Virus record (IMG/VR): IMGVR_UViG_3300042398_000969
Span: 1 to 64,000 of that record
Direction: 5' to 3' (one strand)
Length of the DNA stretch: 64,000 nt
Source: a virus
Below the pieces are notes generated by a model. It saw only the letters and a program-made list of their open reading frames with translations. It ran no database searches and was not told the origin of the DNA. How positions within the stretch are numbered: position 1 is the first letter of the stretch; the number at the start of each line of letters is the position of its first letter. Positions 56,635 to 64,000 of this stretch are shown piece after piece. The position numbers and the translations under genes were made by a program.

Positions 56635-57851
56635 ATTGATTTTATTTCATTTTCAATCCATGGACTCACACTTCTAAAGTCACTATTTCTCAGCACATCT
56701 AATTTCTTCACAAAATCTAATGTATTGTGCTCCGTTCTTGTTGGTTCGAAAACATTTAAATAATTAATAAACCCGTTTAGATCGTCCTTTATTTTTTGTG
56801 TTAACGTTGTATCTTTTGCTACGTTCTCAGTAATAAAATTCCTAACTTTAACTTTAAACTCTTCGCTGGTATTTCCAACAGACAAATGATATGGATATGT
56901 TACCCATTGTGTCATAACATTATCGAAAAACAAATCTTCTTGTTTGATATAATCGATAAAATCAAAAAAGTGAAACACATTAAAGATCGATATGGTGAAG
57001 TTAAAAGAGAAACTAATTGAATGATATTTCGTTTTGCTTAAATCTCTTAACTTCTTTACATTAGCGAAGAACTTCTCATGTGAGAATCCTGTTCTAATAT
57101 ATTCACCCATTTCACCATAGCCGTCACAAGAAACAACCATGTGACAGTTTTTAAAGTTTGATAACAATTCTAATATATCTGTTTTCTTATACATAAGATT
57201 TGATAGATTAGTATTAATAACAATTTCACATTCTTTCGCATTTGGAAGCAACTGATTTAGATATTGAAATGTCTCATCCATGATCAATGGTTCACCACCA
57301 GCCAAATATACCCAGTTTAAATTGTTTGTATGTTTATCCAGCTTCTGTACAAAATTATCACCAATCTTTATTGACTTGTTATCCATGTTCACAACGTGAT
57401 TAGGATAAACTATTTTAGCATCCTCATACCAGTTTGTTGAATAGATCGGTGCACACATTCTGCACGAGAAATTACATAGGTTGGAAAATCTTAAGTCAGT
57501 TGATTTTAACTTGGAGATGTTATAATTTTCATCCACCAATTCTTGGGATAAATCAACATAGTTTTTACCAGTGATTCTTTCCCATAGGTTATTAAAATCA
57601 TTTCTCATCCCATGACCATTCTTGAAACAAATGTCACATACTTTTGGCTTCTCGCCGTTTAGCATTTGCTTACGTAATTCTAAGAATTTTGGGTGGTTGA
57701 TAACATCATCAATATCACCCTCATTAACAGAAATATCCCAGCCGTCTGATATACAGCAGGGAGCAACTAAACCATCTGTTCTAACAAATAAATGTAGAAA
57801 AGGAAGAATACATATTGATTCTTTTAAAACATCATCTCTATCCATGGACAT
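56631..57851 (-). CDS. radical SAM protein with N-terminal twitch-like domain
   Basis: CILPF..PCC..CDIC; CNFSCRMC; LAGGEP. Confidence 0.9.
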   Translation of the reverse strand: MSMDRDDVLKESICILPFLHLFVRTDGLVAPCCISDGWDISVNEGDIDDVINHPKFLELRKQMLNGEKPKVCDICFKNGHGMRNDFNNLWERITGKNYVDLSQELVDENYNISKLKSTDLRFSNLCNFSCRMCAPIYSTNWYEDAKIVYPNHVVNMDNKSIKIGDNFVQKLDKHTNNLNWVYLAGGEPLIMDETFQYLNQLLPNAKECEIVINTNLSNLMYKKTDILELLSNFKNCHMVVSCDGYGEMGEYIRTGFSHEKFFANVKKLRDLSKTKYHSISFSFNFTISIFNVFHFFDFIDYIKQEDLFFDNVMTQWVTYPYHLSVGNTSEEFKVKVRNFITENVAKDTTLTQKIKDDLNGFINYLNVFEPTRTEHNTLDFVKKLDVLRNSDFRSVSPWIENEIKSI

Positions 57852-59017
57852 ATATTTTTGTAACTTGTGTTTCTCATTAGATCTAATTTTTGAAAATAAA
57901 CTTTTAAATCATTTCTATGAAAATCTCCTTTAATTATTTTTGAATCAATTCTAACATAATCTTTAAACGTTTGCATGATATCATATATGTTAGAAGCATA
58001 TTGTTTTTTCGCTAAGTTCTCGTCAATATAATTGATTACCTTTTCTTTAAATTCATCTGGTGCAGCACCAACCGCAAAATAGTATGGTGTTGTCGCCCAA
58101 TGAAAATGCATCTTCTCCTGTGGTAAATAACCATTACCGGAAACATAATCAATAAAGTCAAAGATATGAAATATATTCATCAATGTTATTGTATATTCAA
58201 TTTCAGCATAAACATTTTTATGTGTCTTATTGAACTCAACAATTTTACTTAAATTATTGAAGAACTTTTCTGAAACAAACCCAGTTCTCTGAAATTCTCC
58301 AACCTCACCATAACCATCACAAGAACAACCAATGATAACATTGTTGAATTTCTTAAGTTCCTCTAATACATCTCTGTCTTTGTACTTTAGTGTGGATAGA
58401 TTGGTGTTGATATACATGTTAATACCTTTAGCTTGCTCTTCACCAAAACGATCAAGTAATTTAAAGATATTATCATTGATAAATGGTTCACCACCAGCTA
58501 AGTATAAGTGGTGTATGTGTTTTAAATCTTCATCTGTGAACTTATCAACCGGGTCTTTACCAATATCAATAAATTTGGTATGTGAATCAGAGAATCCTTT
58601 CCCATATATCTCAGTTAGGTCATCATGCCATGATGATGATAAGCTTGGGCCACACATTCTACACTTAAAGTTACATAAATTAGAAAATCTAACATCTAGA
58701 TATTCCAATCTGTTAACGCTATAATCAGGATTTATCAATGTTGGGTCATCCATTTTGTGTGACCACATTTTATTCCAATTATCCTTTAACGTGTTACCTT
58801 GTTTAAAGCACACATCACATGATCTAGGTGCCGTACCTTCGTCCATTTCTTTTCTTAGTTGTTTAAACTGTTCGCTATTAAACAACTCCATGATTGTTGG
58901 ATAATCATTAAAATTCAAATCCTTATCGAATTTGCTTGATATACAACAAGGTCTAACTGACCCATCTGGATCAACATAGATTGATGTATAACCTAATACG
59001 CATTGTGTACTTTTCAT
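57824..59017 (-). CDS. radical SAM protein with N-terminal twitch-like domain (paralog of 56631)
   Basis: CVLGY..PCC..CDVC; CNFKCRMC; LAGGEP. Confidence 0.9.
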   Translation of the reverse strand: MKSTQCVLGYTSIYVDPDGSVRPCCISSKFDKDLNFNDYPTIMELFNSEQFKQLRKEMDEGTAPRSCDVCFKQGNTLKDNWNKMWSHKMDDPTLINPDYSVNRLEYLDVRFSNLCNFKCRMCGPSLSSSWHDDLTEIYGKGFSDSHTKFIDIGKDPVDKFTDEDLKHIHHLYLAGGEPFINDNIFKLLDRFGEEQAKGINMYINTNLSTLKYKDRDVLEELKKFNNVIIGCSCDGYGEVGEFQRTGFVSEKFFNNLSKIVEFNKTHKNVYAEIEYTITLMNIFHIFDFIDYVSGNGYLPQEKMHFHWATTPYYFAVGAAPDEFKEKVINYIDENLAKKQYASNIYDIMQTFKDYVRIDSKIIKGDFHRNDLKVYFQKLDLMRNTSYKNICPWIEMMF

Positions 59018-60423
59018 TTCATTTTTACATTTATAAATTTAGTGTTTGGGTATAAGCTATCGTCGACATTTACTATCTCCATAGTATCCAAAACATTTTT
59101 TAAACCATCTTCTTTATAGTTTATCTTTCCTTGTTGCATTTCTGTAACAAATCTTTTTTCATTTCTTGCAGTTGTTTCACCTTTAGCCCATCTACCATGT
59201 ATAAACCCCTCGTCAACATGTGGCAAACAATAAAATTTACCTTCTCTTCTATATGGAATAATATTTTCAATTATTTCAATATCTTCAGTAGTTAGATTAA
59301 CGTTTTGTCTAATTACGTCTTGGCTATTCATATCCATATTTAAAATAAGATTTTCTGTGTTTGTATAAACATCCTCTACGTTGTTGAAAAACTTATCATA
59401 AATTTTAAAATCAGATATTTTACCTTTAAATCTTGTATTACTATGTGAACAAAATCCTAACAAGAACGGTTTAACCGAATCGTGAGTTTTTAAATGTTCT
59501 TTGATTTGAAATGGAACATTTTCTTTAGTTCCACTTCTTTGTGATATAAGTTCATCATTTACATAAATGTACACACTTTTTTCTTCTGAATTATAACTAA
59601 GTGTTACTTGTGTCCACATTCCTTCAAATCTTTTTGCCCAGTTGTAATGTCTCATGTTTGTTCTATCAAACACAGTAACCGTTACTGCTCTAGAATTGTT
59701 GAAAGATAAACCCCATGTCCAGCTACCATCTTTTCTTAATATTGGATATTCAATAAATTGTTTATTTTGATCCCCTACTAGCCAAATTGGTACCTTATTC
59801 TCTTGTTGTTCAGCATTAAATGTTAAAGTTATTGTGTGATCGTTATGTAAGCATGAACTAATTTCTCTATTTGTTGGTACATATATTGCAGAATCATCCC
59901 CATTAAAAGTTGCTATTAACTTATCTTTTTCTGTTTTTATAATTCTACCGGTAGTCAATCCCTCAAAATAACATCTCCAGAATAAATCATCATCTTCTTG
60001 TCCCCAGTCCCAATATTCATTTGAATATCCATTGGTATTATATGCTTGTTCTTTGTTAAATAAAACAACCCCACCGAAGTACTGATCATAACCCAATCCA
60101 TAGTTGTACTTTGATAGTTTTGTAGCAATGTGTAGTGGGAAGTTTTCTGGGTATGCATAACTAACACCAACCTCTTCTTTGTTATAAACTAACATATCCA
60201 CGTCATGCCAAGCCACATAGTCACATCCATCTTCAAAAGCGTGGTGTGCAGCAATGTTTTTCATTGCACCTCTGTTAAATAATTTATCATCAACTTGATG
60301 ACCAACATAAAATGTGTGATCAATACCCTGATTAGTTAGTTCTTTTGACAGATGTGGTATTAAAGACTCAATATGTTCTTTTCTATTTCTGTATGGTATG
60401 CATATACCTAATTTATGACTCAT
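59014..60423 (-). CDS. GT7 (beta-1,4-galactosyltransferase-like) with inserted LamG-like domain
   Basis: IPYRNR, FNRG, HDVD, YFGGV, NGYSN.YW.WGQEDDD. Confidence 0.85.
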   Translation of the reverse strand: MSHKLGICIPYRNRKEHIESLIPHLSKELTNQGIDHTFYVGHQVDDKLFNRGAMKNIAAHHAFEDGCDYVAWHDVDMLVYNKEEVGVSYAYPENFPLHIATKLSKYNYGLGYDQYFGGVVLFNKEQAYNTNGYSNEYWDWGQEDDDLFWRCYFEGLTTGRIIKTEKDKLIATFNGDDSAIYVPTNREISSCLHNDHTITLTFNAEQQENKVPIWLVGDQNKQFIEYPILRKDGSWTWGLSFNNSRAVTVTVFDRTNMRHYNWAKRFEGMWTQVTLSYNSEEKSVYIYVNDELISQRSGTKENVPFQIKEHLKTHDSVKPFLLGFCSHSNTRFKGKISDFKIYDKFFNNVEDVYTNTENLILNMDMNSQDVIRQNVNLTTEDIEIIENIIPYRREGKFYCLPHVDEGFIHGRWAKGETTARNEKRFVTEMQQGKINYKEDGLKNVLDTMEIVNVDDSLYPNTKFINVKMK

Positions 60424-61847
60424 ATTCCAATTATTGCGTGATATGTTTTATTGTCCCTCATTAAACCATGTTGCACAAAGTCTAAATCAGATAGCCCGTC
60501 GTTATATAACAACTCTTTATTTATTGATACCTCATTTAAAAATCTAAGTTGATTCCATCTAGTCGCCTGATCTTTCCATTTTGTACCAAGAAACCCATTT
60601 TGTTCATGTGGTAAAGATTTAAATAAAGAGGGTCTTCTATATGGTATTTTAACCTCTGTAAATTCATCATAATTACTATCAACAATTTCACATTTTATTA
60701 TGATACCATTATTACCATTGCCAGATAAATCTACCAATTGATAGTTTTCGATGAAATTAACATCATAATATGTTTTTAGGTCTAATGATGATTTATATCT
60801 TTTAAAATTATTTGTTAAATCTTCGTTTTCGTTTGTTGAGATATCAAAAACCTCGTCACTTTCTAACATGTCATCAAAATAAGCAAACCTATCAATCGTT
60901 CCTCTAAAATAATTTTCAGTTTTTTCTCTATTTGGATTACCAACACCTAAATAAAAAAATTCTTCTTTTTTATAAAAATGTAACTTTTTAAAAACTGGTG
61001 TTTCCCCAATAAAAACACCATCTTGATAAACCTTTATAATTTTTTCATCCCTATCTAAAACAACCGTCATGTTTGTTTTGTAATTAGGTTTTATTTTTGA
61101 ATTCACATACAATGCGTTATGTGAAATATCAAATGCACAAAAATTATATCTCGAAAATGAATTATAGCAAATAGCAAAATCCCAACCAGGAATACTAAAA
61201 ACTGTAAACTCATCAGTTTCTCTAGTGTGATCTAAATTTAGTTTATCTGGATAAAATGAAATAAAAAAAGTAGCGTTTGAATTTAAATTAATAATGTTTT
61301 TACATTTAACAAAAGCATTATTACCATTGAATCTTAAAGACTTACCATTTCTACCAAAGTTTTTTATTTTTAATGAATCTAAATTAATGTTGTTCTCCTT
61401 ACATCTTAATAATAAATCATCATCTTCATATCCCCAAGCCCAATACTTATTTGAATACCCATTTATTTTTTTAAAATCCTCAACTGGAAACATTGTAACT
61501 CCACCAAAATATTCTTCAAACATGTCTCTTTCTTTTTCGTCATTTTCATATTCGAAATTTGTAGATAAATGAAGTGGTTTATCACTATAAGAATAATCAA
61601 CCTCTGATGGTATCATATCAATATCATGAAACACAACATAATCACATTTGTGCTCTAGTGCATACTTAAATCCAATATTAAGTAACATACCTCTATTGAA
61701 TTGCTTAGCACCATCTTGTTCAACGATAAAAATATTGTGGTCTATCCCATTTTTACTGAGATAAAACGGCATCAATCTTTTAAACTTAGAAAGTTGTGAT
61801 AATCTATCTCTGTAAGGTACAATAACACCGAGTTTATGTTTATCCAT
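60420..61847 (-). CDS. GT7 (beta-1,4-galactosyltransferase-like) with inserted LamG-like domain
   Basis: VPYRDR, FNRGMLLNIG, HDID, YFGGV, NGYSNKYWAWGYEDDD; DLSGNGNNG. Confidence 0.85.
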   Translation of the reverse strand: MDKHKLGVIVPYRDRLSQLSKFKRLMPFYLSKNGIDHNIFIVEQDGAKQFNRGMLLNIGFKYALEHKCDYVVFHDIDMIPSEVDYSYSDKPLHLSTNFEYENDEKERDMFEEYFGGVTMFPVEDFKKINGYSNKYWAWGYEDDDLLLRCKENNINLDSLKIKNFGRNGKSLRFNGNNAFVKCKNIINLNSNATFFISFYPDKLNLDHTRETDEFTVFSIPGWDFAICYNSFSRYNFCAFDISHNALYVNSKIKPNYKTNMTVVLDRDEKIIKVYQDGVFIGETPVFKKLHFYKKEEFFYLGVGNPNREKTENYFRGTIDRFAYFDDMLESDEVFDISTNENEDLTNNFKRYKSSLDLKTYYDVNFIENYQLVDLSGNGNNGIIIKCEIVDSNYDEFTEVKIPYRRPSLFKSLPHEQNGFLGTKWKDQATRWNQLRFLNEVSINKELLYNDGLSDLDFVQHGLMRDNKTYHAIIGI

Positions 61848-62031
61848 TTATTGTTGGGTCCTTTGGTTTAGCAATGTTATGCCATTCAGCTAAATAATAT
61901 TGAATTCTATCACTCCACTCTTGTTTGTCGATCTCTTCAAACCAAATGGTCAACGCATCTAATGAATTAGCAATCTTTTCTAGTGCTTTTACTTTCTTTT
62001 GCTCTAACGCAAATTCTTCTTCTTTTGTCAT
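61840..62031 (-). CDS. small hypothetical protein
   Basis: 63 aa, coupled to neighbours. Confidence 0.65.
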   Translation of the reverse strand: MTKEEEFALEQKKVKALEKIANSLDALTIWFEEIDKQEWSDRIQYYLAEWHNIAKPKDPTING

Positions 62032-62630
62032 AATAGTTTTTTTGTTTTTATGTTATTTTTATTTAACACATATGATAACGCAGCACCTTCTCCACTACCG
62101 ATGATACCTTTATCACCCTCATGTAGTATACTTAACGTTTCAAATATAGGTTTTAATAATTCTAGTTCACAAATTAATTGTGTTGCAGGTAATGATTTAG
62201 GTAAGTAAATAAAATTTTCTTTAATTGTTTCACTATCTAAATGGATATCATCAATCATATCCTTAAACATACCAAATCTAACATCATCAAGATCTTTTAA
62301 TGTTCTTTTTGGCCAGTTTTCTAAGTATACAACAAATTTTTCATTCGGATTAATCTCTTTAATCCAATATAATAAATTATCATTAAATAACTCATCAGCA
62401 TCGATATATAAAACATCCTCTCTATACTCTTCCACTATCCTTAACGCGTGTAATATTTTATCAAAATATGAGAATATTTTATTCTTATATTCTACTGTCA
62501 AAACATCGGTAAACATATCTACATTGTTTGTTAACACAATGGAATCATTTTTAAATGATCCATTTCTACTCAAAAAATCGCTTAAGATTTTTGAATATGA
62601 TAACCCAACTGAAACAAACGCGTACTTCAT
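62028..62630 (-). CDS. putative GT-A-like transferase
   Basis: FSYFDK, LYIDAD (DxD), GEG. Confidence 0.5.
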   Translation of the reverse strand: MKYAFVSVGLSYSKILSDFLSRNGSFKNDSIVLTNNVDMFTDVLTVEYKNKIFSYFDKILHALRIVEEYREDVLYIDADELFNDNLLYWIKEINPNEKFVVYLENWPKRTLKDLDDVRFGMFKDMIDDIHLDSETIKENFIYLPKSLPATQLICELELLKPIFETLSILHEGDKGIIGSGEGAALSYVLNKNNIKTKKLL

Positions 62631-63475
62631 TATATTGCAATTATGTTTTTAATTAAATTATCCCAAGGTCTATATGATCTGTATCTACCCTCGCATTTCT
62701 CAAACATAAATTCCGGATTATTTAGATCTAGTCTAAATCTACTTTTTCTTAATTGATCATACATTAATTTATATTCTTGTGAATACGCATATTCTTGTTT
62801 AAGATTAGCAACTGCTTGTATTCTTTCTATTGATGTTGCGTCCCACTTAAAATGGTGAACCTGAACATACGAATGTTGATTAATTAATGGGTGATTCCAA
62901 CCCTGCCATCTCCAAGTTGTTTCACCGTTTATTTTTGCATAATGCTGACCAGACGTTAGTTCAATGTGACCTTTCATCACACAAACTTTATTAGGGCAAG
63001 CCTTACTCATTGGGTACCTAAAGAATCCCGCATTTGGAAATTGATCGAATAAAGAAACATCTGGTATTATTTCAGAGAACTCACCATTCTCACCAATTCT
63101 GTCTATGAATCCACCTCTAACTAATTGATAACCAAACTTTTCGCAGTTATCCACCAGATAACGTAAATTATCATTCGGATATAAATGAAGTTCGTCGATA
63201 TCAGCAATTACCCACCAGTCATTTGGTTTTTGTGATTTAATAAAATTGTATAATTTGGTAACCTTATCCCAATCAAATATTCTATCTTTGATTACTTTGA
63301 TAATCTTTACATTATCTTGATTACCAATGATTTGTGAAACATCAATGGATAATTGTGGATACATATCCGTTTCATAAACAGCAATATTAATCTCATCAAC
63401 ATATTGTTGATAATGCTTTATAAAATGTGGAAGTAAAGTAGTTCCGTGACCAATAACTGTTAAAAGCCTAATCAT
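62630..63475 (-). CDS. GT2-like glycosyltransferase
   Basis: LPHFIKHY, WWVIADIDELH, VHHFKW. Confidence 0.7.
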   Translation of the reverse strand: MIRLLTVIGHGTTLLPHFIKHYQQYVDEINIAVYETDMYPQLSIDVSQIIGNQDNVKIIKVIKDRIFDWDKVTKLYNFIKSQKPNDWWVIADIDELHLYPNDNLRYLVDNCEKFGYQLVRGGFIDRIGENGEFSEIIPDVSLFDQFPNAGFFRYPMSKACPNKVCVMKGHIELTSGQHYAKINGETTWRWQGWNHPLINQHSYVQVHHFKWDATSIERIQAVANLKQEYAYSQEYKLMYDQLRKSRFRLDLNNPEFMFEKCEGRYRSYRPWDNLIKNIIAI

Positions 63476-63998
63476 ATCTCCTGTTAATAATGGTTATACC
63501 ACTTGATGATGGTTTATCCATTAATATACGGAAATTGTGTAAATTAATCAAGTTCCAGGCCGGATTTTTTTGTAGTTCTTTGACTAACCTACTAGGGCCA
63601 TCAAACCTGTGGTGATCTTTTTTTGCGTCTTCTGAAATGATTAACGTTTCTTCGTACTGATCGTCAGTATCATGAAGAATGATGACACCCTTTGGTGACA
63701 ATATTGTTGAATATAAATCAAAGTCTTGTTTAACACCCTCATATGAGTGGTCCCCATCGATAAATAATAAATCTATTTTAATATCCTGTCTAATAAAAAA
63801 ATCATGATACGCGTCGAGAGAAGTTGATTTAATAAATCTCGGATAAAAATTCTTGCGGTAGAATGAATCTTCATTATCCAAATCGTTAGGGCCACCGATG
63901 CCATTGCAAGCATCAACAACGTAAGTAGACCCAATGTCACCCCAGTTATAGTCTCCATTTCCTTCAAATATATTTTGTTTATGTAAATCAATTCTAGC
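63468..63998 (-). CDS. class I SAM methyltransferase (Methyltransf_24-like), 5' end outside window
   Basis: IDLLFIDGDHSYEGV..D, ILHDT; frame stays open upstream of the TTG chosen by the ORF track up to the window edge. Confidence 0.85.
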   Translation of the reverse strand, partial: ARIDLHKQNIFEGNGDYNWGDIGSTYVVDACNGIGGPNDLDNEDSFYRKNFYPRFIKSTSLDAYHDFFIRQDIKIDLLFIDGDHSYEGVKQDFDLYSTILSPKGVIILHDTDDQYEETLIISEDAKKDHHRFDGPSRLVKELQKNPAWNLINLHNFRILMDKPSSSGITIINRRYD

Positions 63999-64000
63999 TT

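Noticed and set aside
48916-59017. Classical RiPP cluster with a precursor next to the radical SAM array
   Set aside because: Genes abut or overlap with no room for a precursor ORF, and no RRE/PqqD, peptidase or exporter is recognisable
63773-63991. Separate 72-aa ORF or frameshift in the terminal methyltransferase
   Set aside because: The methyltransferase frame is open continuously to the window edge
1-64000. Stop-codon reassignment (code 15/4) as in some large phages
   Set aside because: Code 11 gives full-length, abutting genes; TAA, TAG and TGA all terminate recognisable proteins at expected ends

Overview
AT-rich (roughly 30% GC by eye), densely coding fragment that most likely comes from a large (jumbo/huge) tailed phage infecting a Bacteroidota host. 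Support for this: a 1709-aa tail-fibre-like protein, PcfJ-like proteins, many tiny ORFs, no obvious Shine-Dalgarno motifs, a canonical TTTG-N20-TAnnTTTG promoter, and Bacteroidota-type IscU/IscA and TonB-receptor genes. Standard code 11 is used. Layout: (i) 1-10.3 kb, minus-strand auxiliary genes (SpeD-like decarboxylase, iscA, iscU, two PcfJ-like proteins, NlpC/P60, thyA); (ii) 10.3-18.1 kb, plus-strand glycosyltransferase/methyltransferase/epimerase operon; (iii) 18.6-34.3 kb, minus-strand cassette read as giant Ser/Thr-rich fibre > three paralogous His/Cys-conserved propeller-like proteins > two accessory proteins > SPASM radical SAM > U32-family Fe-S protein > methyltransferase > an odd tRNA (serine-type body, Arg CCG anticodon) > TonB-dependent receptor > DUF401-like permease; (iv) 34.4-64 kb, a very large tailoring-enzyme island with 7 N-terminal-twitch radical SAMs, 5 SGNH-like proteins, 2 sulfotransferases plus a probable PAPS supply, a carbamoyltransferase, two Fe/2OG hydroxylases, methyltransferases, GT7-LamG fusions and a circularly permuted ATP-grasp-Hint fusion. 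Many unrelated enzymes in (iv) end in the same K/R-(x)-hydrophobic-hydrophobic C-terminus. The best candidates for undescribed biology are the cassette in (iii), the anticodon-swapped tRNA, the shared C-terminal tag and the ATP-grasp-Hint/peptide pair. All family calls come from motif recognition by eye; no database searches were run.
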